Shown one piece after another: positions 28,188-36,807 of a stretch of DNA of 64,000 bases. A model generated the notes under the pieces. That model made no database searches. It saw only the letters and a list, made by a program, of their open reading frames with translations, and had not been told where the DNA came from. The stretch comes from Dehalococcoidia bacterium (lineage in GTDB: Bacteria; Chloroflexota; Dehalococcoidia; Bin125). The number at the start of each line of letters is the position of its first letter. Position 1 is the stretch's first letter. Location: contig CBDBPH010000001.1 of NCBI GenBank assembly GCA_965208665.1, positions 131,045 through 195,044 of the forward strand, given 5' to 3'. Made by a program: the position numbers and the translations under genes.

Positions 28188-31100
28188 GCTACATCGAACT
28201 GCATGCCAAGAGCTTCTGCTCCTTCGGGCTGGGCTCGTCTCACGTCCACGAGCTGCTGGCGCAAGCCGCCGAGTTCGGGATGCCCGCACTGGCACTGACC
28301 GATACCAACCTCTGCGGCGCGCTGGAGTTCGCGCGGCTGGCAACCAGCCTCGAGATCCAGCCGATCACGGGCGGCGAGCTGACTCTGACGGACGGCTCTC
28401 GTCTCGTCTTGCTGACCAAAACACGCACGGGCTACGCCAACCTCTCGCGCCTGTTCACGCTGGCCAACGAGGTCGACCGGCGCGATCCGAAACTCGATCC
28501 GGCGCTCCTGGCCGAGCACGCCGAAGGTCTGGTGCTGCTCAGCGGCGGACGCAATGGACCACTCTCGCGGCTCGTCCTGGCGGGTGATCGAGCCACAGCG
28601 CGCGAGCTGCTGGGGAGCTATCGGGAGTGGTACGGAGCCGATTCGGTCTACGTCGAGTTGCAGCGCAACTTCCTGCGCGGCGACCGCGAGCACAACCGCG
28701 AGCTCGTTTCGCTAGCCCGCGAGGTAGACGCGCGGCTGGTCGCCACAAACGACGTGCATTACCACGCGCCCGAGCGTCACCGCCTGCAACAGGCGCTGGT
28801 CGCAGCGAAACACAACACGACGCTGGACCAGGCGCTGCGCCATCTCCACCCGAATTGCCACTTGCACCTCAAGTCCGAGGCGGAGATGGCGCAGCTGTTC
28901 GCCGATCTGCCCGAAGCGCTCGACAACAGTCAACGAATCGCCGCGCAGTGCAGCTTCCGGCTCGACGCCGACCTCGGCTATACGCTGCCGCAGCCATTGG
29001 TGCCGGAGGGCTACTCGACGGAGAGCTACCTCAGGCGGCTCTGCGACGAAGCCGCGGTCCGACGTTACGGCTCGCTCAACCGGCAGGTTGCGGCGCGGCT
29101 GGACGAAGAGTTCGGCCTGATCAACCGGCACAACCTGGCCGGCTTCCTGCTGCTCTACCGCGAGATCGTGCGTCTGGCGCGGCGGATCATGGAGGAGCGC
29201 GGCCTGGTCGAGCCGGAGACGCCGCTCGAGCAGCAGCCACCCGGACGCGGGCGCGGCTCGTCCGTGGCGTTCCTGGTCGGGTACCTGATCGGGATCAGCC
29301 ACATCGATCCGCTGCGCTGGGACCTCACGCTCGAACGCTTCCTGCCAGAGGACATGACCTCGCTGCCCGATATCGATCTCGACTTCCCGCGCGGTCTGCG
29401 CGAGGAGCTGATCGAGCGGGTGCACACACACTTTGGCCGCGACTACGCCGTCCTGGCGGGCGCGATCTCGACCTACTCCATCAAGGGCATAATCCAGGAC
29501 CTGGGCAAAGCGCTGGATTTGCCGCCGGACGAGCTGCGCTCGTTGTCGGAGCAGCTGCACTCGCGCGGCGGAGGCGGGCTGCGCGAGCAGATGGAACAGC
29601 TGCCCACATTCAGAGACAAGGTGGACGCGTACGGCTGGCGCACCCTCGTCGAACTGGCGCCGCAGTTGATCGGCGCGCCGCGCGGACTGAGCCAGCATGT
29701 CGGCGGGATGATCCTGAGCAGTTCGCCAATCCCAGAGATGGTTCCGGTACGAGCCGGCGCGATCGCCGGCCGTTACATCATGGACTGGGACAAGGACAGC
29801 GTGGCCGACGCCAACTTCGCCAAGATCGATCTGCTCTCGCTGCCCGTCCTGGATCAACTCGATGAAGCGTTGGATCTGGTCGAGCAGCGGGAAGGCGAGC
29901 GTCCCGACCTGAGCCGGATCAGTCCCGAGGACGACGGCGTCTACGACCTGATCAACGAGGGCCGGTCGAAGGGTGTGTTCCTGCTCCAATCGCCGGCCCA
30001 GCTCAAGATGGCGCAACGGCTCAGGTCACGCAATCTGCGCGATCTGGCGTACCAGATTGCCCTGATCCGGCCGGGCGTCGGCACCCAGGGCAGCGCGGTG
30101 AGCCAGTTCGTCGAGCGCTACCGCCATGGTGCGGAATGGGAATACGATCATCCGCTCGAGCAACGCGCGCTGGAGCGTGGCTACGGCGTGATCGTGTGGC
30201 AGGAACAGGTCGTGCAGCTGATCATGGACGTCGCCGGGATGACCAGCGCCGAGGCCGATCAGGTGCGGCGCGCGTTTGCGAAAACGAACAACGAGCATCT
30301 GATCAAGATGCACCGCGAACACTTTCTCAAGGGTGCGCGAGCGAACGGCGTCGCGAGCGATATCTCGCAGCGCATCTTCGCCAAGATCAACGGACACTAC
30401 ATGTTCCCCGAGTCGCACTCGCACGCCTTCGCGATCACCGCCTTCCAGGCCGCCTGGCTGAAGCGCTACCACCCGTTGGAGTTTTTCGTCTCGTTGATCA
30501 ACAACCAGCCGATGGGCTTCTACCCGGTCGAGACGCTGAAAGAGGACGCGCGCAAGTTCGGCATTTTTTTCCTCAACCCCTGCGTCAACCGCAGCCGGGT
30601 GCGCTGCGCGCCCGAGGACGGCGCGGCCAGGCTGGGGTTGGGCATGATCAAGGACATCGGTCCCGAGTCGGCCAAGCTGATCGTGAAGGAGCGCGAGCTT
30701 CACGGCCCCTATTCGGATGCCGGCGAGCTCGTGCGCCGCACGGGCCTCAAGCCGCAGTCCGTCCGCTCGCTGGTCGAGGCAGGTGCGTTCGACGCGCTGA
30801 CGCCCAACCGCCGCGAGGCGCTCTGGGATGCGGGGCTCTCGATCCGGCCGGCGCGCCACGGGCAGCGCGCCTTCCCCGTCGCTACGGCAGACCCGCCACC
30901 AACGTTCAACGACTTCACGGACTTCGAGAAGATGGCCGGCGAGTACCGCGTTCTCGGGATCTATCCCCGCGGCCACGTGATGGAGTTCATCCGCCCCAGC
31001 CTCGACGCCAGCGTGCGTACGACCGCGGAGACGTATCAGGCTGATGACGGCGAGCGGATCCAGGTCGCGGGTTGGCCGATCGCACGGCAGCACCCACGAG

Positions 31101-31324
31101 GCGCAGACGGGATCGTGTTCGTCACGATCGAAGATGAGACCGGCGACGTGCAGGCCTTCATCTCGCCCAAGGTGTTCGCTCGCTCTCGGCGGGCGGTGGC
31201 GAATCAGATCATCCTGCTTACGGGCCGGATCGATCGTTGGGACGGCACAACCAACATCTTCGCCGAGCGGGTTGATGTCGTCGGCGCCGACGTCCGCCTA
31301 CCTTCCGCTCACGACTGGCATTGA
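28184..31324 (+). CDS. dnaE2: error-prone DNA polymerase III alpha-subunit paralogue DnaE2
   Basis: 1046 aa; N-terminal PHP domain MSYIELHAKSFCSFGLGSSHVHELLAQAAEFGMPALALTDTNLCGALEFARLA; polymerase core, OB-fold C-terminus; no tau-binding tail. Confidence 0.85.
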   Translation: MSYIELHAKSFCSFGLGSSHVHELLAQAAEFGMPALALTDTNLCGALEFARLATSLEIQPITGGELTLTDGSRLVLLTKTRTGYANLSRLFTLANEVDRRDPKLDPALLAEHAEGLVLLSGGRNGPLSRLVLAGDRATARELLGSYREWYGADSVYVELQRNFLRGDREHNRELVSLAREVDARLVATNDVHYHAPERHRLQQALVAAKHNTTLDQALRHLHPNCHLHLKSEAEMAQLFADLPEALDNSQRIAAQCSFRLDADLGYTLPQPLVPEGYSTESYLRRLCDEAAVRRYGSLNRQVAARLDEEFGLINRHNLAGFLLLYREIVRLARRIMEERGLVEPETPLEQQPPGRGRGSSVAFLVGYLIGISHIDPLRWDLTLERFLPEDMTSLPDIDLDFPRGLREELIERVHTHFGRDYAVLAGAISTYSIKGIIQDLGKALDLPPDELRSLSEQLHSRGGGGLREQMEQLPTFRDKVDAYGWRTLVELAPQLIGAPRGLSQHVGGMILSSSPIPEMVPVRAGAIAGRYIMDWDKDSVADANFAKIDLLSLPVLDQLDEALDLVEQREGERPDLSRISPEDDGVYDLINEGRSKGVFLLQSPAQLKMAQRLRSRNLRDLAYQIALIRPGVGTQGSAVSQFVERYRHGAEWEYDHPLEQRALERGYGVIVWQEQVVQLIMDVAGMTSAEADQVRRAFAKTNNEHLIKMHREHFLKGARANGVASDISQRIFAKINGHYMFPESHSHAFAITAFQAAWLKRYHPLEFFVSLINNQPMGFYPVETLKEDARKFGIFFLNPCVNRSRVRCAPEDGAARLGLGMIKDIGPESAKLIVKERELHGPYSDAGELVRRTGLKPQSVRSLVEAGAFDALTPNRREALWDAGLSIRPARHGQRAFPVATADPPPTFNDFTDFEKMAGEYRVLGIYPRGHVMEFIRPSLDASVRTTAETYQADDGERIQVAGWPIARQHPRGADGIVFVTIEDETGDVQAFISPKVFARSRRAVANQIILLTGRIDRWDGTTNIFAERVDVVGADVRLPSAHDWH

Positions 31325-31399
31325 TTCCGATCGAGGATCGCATCGTGCCGAACGGGACGCCTCAGGACAGTGAATTCGACGAATCGTTACCCTGATCCC

Positions 31400-32563
31400 A
31401 TGGACCGCGCATACTTCGACCATGCAGCGACGACGCCGTTGGAGCCTCGGGTGTTGGAGGCGATGGTTCCGGCCCTCCAGTACGGCTGGGGGAATCCTTC
31501 GGGAATTTATCGCGAAGCTCAGTATGCGGCCGGGCTGTTGGATCAGGCGCGGGATGACATCGCGGGGGTTCTGGCGTGTTCTGCCTCGGAGGTGGTGCTG
31601 ACGTCGGGCGGGACGGAGTCTGACAACCTGGCGATTCGGGGGGCGGCGCTGGCACGCCAAGCGGCGGGCCGGCACTTGATTACCCAGGCGACCGAGCATC
31701 ATGCGGTGCTGCATGTGATGGAACAGCTGGAGCATGAAGGCTTCGAGCTGACGGTGCTCGGGGTGGACGGCGAGGGCTTTGTCGAACCTGATGAGGTGGC
31801 ATCGGCGGTACGCGAGGACACGACGGTGGTCAGCATCATGCTGGCAAACAACGAGATCGGCGCGGTGCAGCCGATGGCGGAGATTACGCGTGCGGTGAAA
31901 GCGCGGAACCGGCGGACGATCGTGCACACCGATGCGGTGCAGGCGGCGGGGGCTGTCGATATCCGTCCCGACGTGCTGGGCGTCGACTTGATGTCGCTGA
32001 CGGCGCACAAGATTTACGGGCCGAAGGGCGCGGGGGCACTCTATGTACGGCGTCGGACGCCGCTACAGCCGCTGCAGTTGGGGGGCGGTCAGGAGGAGGA
32101 GCGCCGGGCGGGCACGGAGTCGGTGGCGCAGGCGGTCGGTCTGGCGAAGGCGCTGCAGTTGGCGGAGGAGGAGCGCCTGCAGCGGACTGGGCATACGTCG
32201 GAGTTGCGCAATCGTCTGTGGCGCGAGCTGAACGAGCGCGTGCATCCGATCAGGTTGAACGGTCCGTCGGACTGGTCGCGTCGGTTGGCGAACAATCTGA
32301 ATGTGAGTTTCCCCGGGGTCGAAGGCGAGAGCATCCTGTTGCAGCTCGATCTGGAGGGCTTCGCTGCTTCATCGGGCTCGGCATGTAGTACCGGGAGTAA
32401 CGAGCCGAGTCATGTGCTGACGGCACTCGGGCTCGATCCCGATACCGCGCATAGCACGCTGCGGTTGAGCCTGGGGCAGTCGAATACCGAGGAGCAGATC
32501 GACGGGATAGCGCGGACGATCGAGGAGATTACGGCGCGTCTGCGGGCGTTGTCGCCGGTCTAG
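31400..32563 (+). CDS. iscS: cysteine desulfurase (IscS/NifS family, class V aminotransferase)
   Basis: MDRAYFDHAATTP..., SGGTESDN, Lys in SLTAHKIYGPKG, active-site Cys loop SSGSACSTGS. Confidence 0.8.
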   Translation: MDRAYFDHAATTPLEPRVLEAMVPALQYGWGNPSGIYREAQYAAGLLDQARDDIAGVLACSASEVVLTSGGTESDNLAIRGAALARQAAGRHLITQATEHHAVLHVMEQLEHEGFELTVLGVDGEGFVEPDEVASAVREDTTVVSIMLANNEIGAVQPMAEITRAVKARNRRTIVHTDAVQAAGAVDIRPDVLGVDLMSLTAHKIYGPKGAGALYVRRRTPLQPLQLGGGQEEERRAGTESVAQAVGLAKALQLAEEERLQRTGHTSELRNRLWRELNERVHPIRLNGPSDWSRRLANNLNVSFPGVEGESILLQLDLEGFAASSGSACSTGSNEPSHVLTALGLDPDTAHSTLRLSLGQSNTEEQIDGIARTIEEITARLRALSPV

Positions 32564-32574
32564 GCGCGCGAGGA

Positions 32575-33699
32575 TCACGCAGTTGGGTCGAGTTGCGCAG
32601 ACCAGTCGATATCGGTTTCGAGGAATCGCCCGACTTCAGCGAACTCGGCTTCCAGTTGCGTTTGTGCGCTCTCTGACAATTCTTCGAAGCATGTGACCCT
32701 GACGGTCAGTCCGCGGGCACGGCGTTTGCGGTCCCAGGTTGCGACCAATCGGCCCTCGATCAAGACGCAGGGACGGAGCATCCCGCCGCCGGCGTTGACT
32801 CGCTTGAGGAGATGGTCGGGGACGTCGAGGTCTCGTTTGGCGTAGCCGACGATGTACGGATCGAATGGTCCCAACACTCGCAAGACGTCCTGTGGAGCGT
32901 CCAGCACATCGTTGAGCCGATCCAAGCCGTCCTGCGACATCCACATCGTCTGGCCATCGACGTCTACCTCGGTCAGAGCTTCCATCGCGGCTTGTAGACA
33001 TTGACGGGTGTCGGCAGCGGGCAGGCCGGACCACCAGCGGAAATCGGACTGGGTTGCCGGGCCGTAGGCGGCGAAGTAGCGGCGGGCGAGTTCGGCGCCG
33101 GGGTCCGGAGGTGGATCGGCCTGGGGCAGCCAGTCGTCGATCAGGACGTGGGTCGTGTCGCCGTTGCGTTCGGGACCGAAGCAGGTGACGCCCAGCAACG
33201 ACGTGGTACGGAGCAGGTGGGGTGTGGCCTGGCCGTCCGACGGAAGGCCCGCCGAACGGAAGGCGTCGCCAATCTCGGCTCGGGTCATTGGTCCCCTGGC
33301 TGCGAGTTCCTTGCGCAGGAACTTGAGCACCTTGGCATGGTCGTCGTCGGAGATGCCTAGGTCGGCTCGGCGTTTGAGCGCCTTGGCGTCGATGGCTTCG
33401 CCGAGCAGGTCGAGCATCCAGCGGAGATCCTCGGATGGGACGAGATGGAGGGTGCCGCGCATGAGCCAGTTGCGGACGATCGAGCGGTCGACGAGGCGGG
33501 CGTGATCGACGTTGGCGGCGGTCAGGCCCGTCGAGCGGGTGCCGACGCCGAGTTGCTCGCCGAGGCGGTCCTGGGCCTGGATGGCGGCGGCGGATCGGAC
33601 GGTGTCGGGCACGGCTGTGCCGCGCCGGGCGCTCAACAGCTGGGCGTGGAGGCGAAGGCGATGGGCCTCGCGGCGGGTGAGGGCGATTTCGGCGGGCAT
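32575..33699 (-). CDS. AlkZ/YcaQ-like winged-helix DNA glycosylase (DUF1006; interstrand-crosslink repair family)
   Basis: 374 aa; N-terminal AAIQAQD (Q-hydrophobic-Q catalytic motif as in AlkZ), HLVPSEDLRW, C-terminal winged-helix region. Confidence 0.6.
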   Translation of the reverse strand: MPAEIALTRREAHRLRLHAQLLSARRGTAVPDTVRSAAAIQAQDRLGEQLGVGTRSTGLTAANVDHARLVDRSIVRNWLMRGTLHLVPSEDLRWMLDLLGEAIDAKALKRRADLGISDDDHAKVLKFLRKELAARGPMTRAEIGDAFRSAGLPSDGQATPHLLRTTSLLGVTCFGPERNGDTTHVLIDDWLPQADPPPDPGAELARRYFAAYGPATQSDFRWWSGLPAADTRQCLQAAMEALTEVDVDGQTMWMSQDGLDRLNDVLDAPQDVLRVLGPFDPYIVGYAKRDLDVPDHLLKRVNAGGGMLRPCVLIEGRLVATWDRKRRARGLTVRVTCFEELSESAQTQLEAEFAEVGRFLETDIDWSAQLDPTA

Positions 33700-33713
33700 G
33701 AGTATCAGCCTAG

Positions 33714-34550
33714 GTGGGCGGAATTGGTAGGCTCACGCTCGTGACCAGTCCACCCAGTCCACCCAGTCCACGCGGCGATGGATGGCAGCCGGACCAGTAC
33801 GCCCGGTTCAAGGCGGAGCGGGAGCAGCCGTTCTACGACCTGCTGGACCTGGTAGAGCCGGTGCTCGCGGGGCGCGTGGTCGATCTGGGTTGCGGTACCG
33901 GCGCGCTGACTGTGGCGTTGCACACGAAGACGTTGGCGGACGAGACGGTCGGGCTGGACCGGTCGGAGGCGATGCTGGAGCAGAGCGCTGAGCACGCGGG
34001 TGGCGGTGTGCGGTTTGTGCGCGGCGACATTGCCGAGTTCAGCGGGTTGGATGGCGGCGGGCTGGATGTGGTGTTCGCCAACGCGTCGATCCAGTGGGTG
34101 CCGGACCATGCGTCGCTGTTTCCTCGGCTGGCCGCGACGCTGAGGCCGGGCGGGCAACTGGCGGTGCAGATGCCGGCCAACGAGGATCATCCGTCGCACG
34201 CGGTGGCTCGCGCGGTGGCGCAGGAGTCGCCGCACGCGGAGGCGCTGGGCGGGTTCGTGTATCGGCACTCGATCGAGTCGGCGGAGTGGTACGCGGAGCA
34301 GCTGGCGCGGCTCGGATTCGTCGAGCAGCACGTGCGCGTGCAGGTCTATCTGCACCGGTTGCCGGGGCCGGAGGACGTGATCGAGTGGGTCAAGGGGTCG
34401 CTGCTGACGGGCTATCGGAATCGGATGTCGGCGGAGGACTACGAGGCGTTCCTGGCGGACTATCGGGAGCGCCTGCTGTCGGTGTTGCCCGACGAGCGTC
34501 CGTTCCTCTACCCGTTCAAGCGGCTCCTGCTGTGGGGGCGGATGGGCTAG
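33714..34550 (+). CDS. tam: trans-aconitate 2-methyltransferase-like SAM methyltransferase
   Basis: WQPDQYARFKAEREQPFYDLL (Tam N-terminal signature), VVDLGCGTGALT motif I. True start may be the GTG at 33741 because the AlkZ-like gene starts at 33699 on the other strand. Confidence 0.65.
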   Translation: MGGIGRLTLVTSPPSPPSPRGDGWQPDQYARFKAEREQPFYDLLDLVEPVLAGRVVDLGCGTGALTVALHTKTLADETVGLDRSEAMLEQSAEHAGGGVRFVRGDIAEFSGLDGGGLDVVFANASIQWVPDHASLFPRLAATLRPGGQLAVQMPANEDHPSHAVARAVAQESPHAEALGGFVYRHSIESAEWYAEQLARLGFVEQHVRVQVYLHRLPGPEDVIEWVKGSLLTGYRNRMSAEDYEAFLADYRERLLSVLPDERPFLYPFKRLLLWGRMG

Positions 34551-34564
34551 GCGGTGGTCAGGGT

Positions 34565-34639
34565 GGTTGGGTTTGGTCGAGGCCCTCACCCTAGCCCTCT
34601 CCCTCGGGGAGAGGGGACTGGAGATGGTTGGGTTTGGTC
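34565..34639. repeat. REP-like palindromic element, copy D, flanked by a 14-bp direct repeat GGTTGGGTTTGGTC
   Basis: ggttgggtttggtc-gaggccctcaccctagccctctccctcggggagaggggactggagat-ggttgggtttggtc; immediately after the tam stop; left border of a lower-GC accessory segment. Confidence 0.8.
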
Positions 34640-34777
34640 AGGTTCGGTAGGCGTGTTATGTCGAGTGGGATTGCGAATTCCCTGTGTTTTGCTGGGTTTC
34701 GTGATCGGTGGTAGGTCGTCAGGTGAGAATTTTTCCTGGGCGCTGGGAAACGAAAAAACGGGTTCGGGTGCTCAGAC

Positions 34778-34807
34778 TTGTCCAGATCTGTCCAGATTCG
34801 TCCAGAT
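34778..34807. repeat. 10-nt x3 tandem repeat (TTGTCCAGAT/CTGTCCAGAT/TCGTCCAGAT) in a ~400-bp lower-GC non-coding stretch
   Basis: Read directly from the sequence; lies 3' of the MTase gene. Confidence 0.7.
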
Positions 34808-35014
34808 GCGGCTCGATTTTGCCAGTTTTGTTCCAGGTGAGTCCGCGCGAGTTCAGGAGCGTCCGGGTTGGCGGCTGGATGCTGACTGGCTGGATATTGG
34901 CGGGGCACGTGGGTTGCCTCCCGGCTGCGTGAGCGCATATGTTCTGATTGTATTCGATTTCGGCATCCTGTGGGGACGCGGGGCGAACCGGGCTTGTGGT
35001 CGGATTGACAGGGA

Positions 35015-36658
35015 CTACGCGTCGAGGGATTGCTGGACGCCTTGCTGGCGCCGCCGGCGTGGGGCTTTGCGGAAGGTCTGGGGGGCGGCGAAGCGGGGGT
35101 AGTCGGGCTGGTCGCCGTTGAGGAGCTGCTCGATGGTGAGGATCTGGACCTTGGGGTACCTCCGGGTCTCGAGTCCCGATGATTCGTAGAAGCCGGCGGC
35201 GATCGCTTCCTGGCGCATCGGCTTGGTCGGTTCTTCAAGGGTGATGAAGATGCCGATGGCGGCGTCCTCGCGCTCCATGTCGCCCTTGAGCGTGGCGACC
35301 ATGCCGCGGTTGACGTGACCGCTCTTGACCTGGACGATGATGCGCCTGGCCTTGCCGGAGTTGTCGTCGAAGAAGTTGATGTAGCCGTCAATGCCGGAGT
35401 CGGCGCCCTTCTTGCCGGTGGCGGGCCGGGCGTCGACGAGGCCGAGCGCCCAGTACTCGAACTGGTAGCGGCCGTCATGCTCGGACTCGGTGGCGAGCGC
35501 GCGGGCACTGGCGACATCCTCTGGGAGCCCGACGATCTGGTAGGCGGACAGTTCGGTGCCGAACGTGTCGTGCAGGCGGTGCTTCATCAATGAGATTGAC
35601 ACGTGAGTGAGATCAATGCCGATCCAGCGCCGCTTGAGCCGCTCGGCCACGGCGACGGCGGTGCCGCAGCCGCAGAAGGGATCGAGGACGATGTCGCCCT
35701 CGTTGCTGCTGGCATCGATGATGCGTTCGAGCAGAGCTTCAGGCTTCTGTGTCGGGTAGCCGAGGCGTTCCTTATGGGCACCAGAAAGCGACGGAATGTC
35801 GCTCCAGATGTCTTGAACTGGCACACCCTTCGAATCTTCCAAGTACAGCTTCTGTCGCGGGTATCCGGTCCTGGAATAGTAGAGCCGGCCTTCGTCATGA
35901 AGCCGCTGCATGGTTTCCTTGCTGTATCTCCATGCGCGAGTGTGACCATTCCAGTCGAAGACGGGATTGCCCTTCTCCGCGCCACCCGGACCAGTCAGAG
36001 GTGTGGTAGTAAAGCGCTTACCGGTCTCCTCATCGATGTGCCTGTAGGTCGATTTGACGTAGCTTTCATCCAGCGGGACAAAACCTTGGTTCCATATGAC
36101 CGAGTCACCCTTGTTATAGAGCAACAGAATGTCGTGGACTCGTCCAAAGTGCCTGGAGCCTTGCCCGACATCGTTATGAGCGCCGTAACGCCGCCAAGTG
36201 ACTTCGTTGGTGAACATGTCGTGTCCGAAGACCGCATCCATCACCAGCTTCAGATAGTGGCTCGCGGTCGGGTCGCAGTGGAGGTAGATGCTTCCGGTTG
36301 GTTTGAGGACGCGGTGGAGTTCGGCGAGGCGCTGGGCCATCATCGTGAGGTAGGCCATCATGTCGTTCTGGCCGAGGAACTCGCGCATCGCCTGGAGCAG
36401 CTTGCCCAGCTTGTCGGGGCCCTCGGTGACAACCTCCTGGTAGGCGCGCTCGGAGTCGAGGGTCCAGTGCCAGGTGTCGTCGAAGGCGGTGATCTGTGCC
36501 GCGGAGTCCTCGCCGGATCGCTCCTTGAAGAGGACGTTGTAGGTGGCGTTGGAGTTGAAGGGCGGGTCGAGGTAGATGAGGTCGACGGACTCGGAAGGGA
36601 TGTGTTCGCGGAGGACGGAGAGGTTGTCGCCGAAGTAGAGCTGGTTGGTCCAGGTCAT
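35015..36658 (-). CDS. DNA methyltransferase (N6-adenine/N4-cytosine, DPPF-type) fused to a C-terminal Mrr-like PD-(D/E)xK nuclease domain
   Basis: SVDLIYLDPPFNSN (motif IV DPPF), C-terminal SAM-binding motif VLDPFCGCGT. Then GADSGIDGYINFF...RRIIVQVKSG (Mrr_cat-type D...QxK). GGAGG RBS upstream of ATG at 36658. Confidence 0.75.
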   Translation of the reverse strand: MTWTNQLYFGDNLSVLREHIPSESVDLIYLDPPFNSNATYNVLFKERSGEDSAAQITAFDDTWHWTLDSERAYQEVVTEGPDKLGKLLQAMREFLGQNDMMAYLTMMAQRLAELHRVLKPTGSIYLHCDPTASHYLKLVMDAVFGHDMFTNEVTWRRYGAHNDVGQGSRHFGRVHDILLLYNKGDSVIWNQGFVPLDESYVKSTYRHIDEETGKRFTTTPLTGPGGAEKGNPVFDWNGHTRAWRYSKETMQRLHDEGRLYYSRTGYPRQKLYLEDSKGVPVQDIWSDIPSLSGAHKERLGYPTQKPEALLERIIDASSNEGDIVLDPFCGCGTAVAVAERLKRRWIGIDLTHVSISLMKHRLHDTFGTELSAYQIVGLPEDVASARALATESEHDGRYQFEYWALGLVDARPATGKKGADSGIDGYINFFDDNSGKARRIIVQVKSGHVNRGMVATLKGDMEREDAAIGIFITLEEPTKPMRQEAIAAGFYESSGLETRRYPKVQILTIEQLLNGDQPDYPRFAAPQTFRKAPRRRRQQGVQQSLDA

Positions 36659-36807
36659 TTGGGGCCTCCGGTGGTCAGGGTAAGGGCAGTCGGGCGTTAG
36701 CAGAGCCGGTCCCGGTTCAAGCGGTGAGTAGCACGTTCCGGGAGCCAAGCATCGACCATCCGTTCGTAGATAGTAGACTAGCGACAGAGACGAGGAGGCT
36801 GACAACG

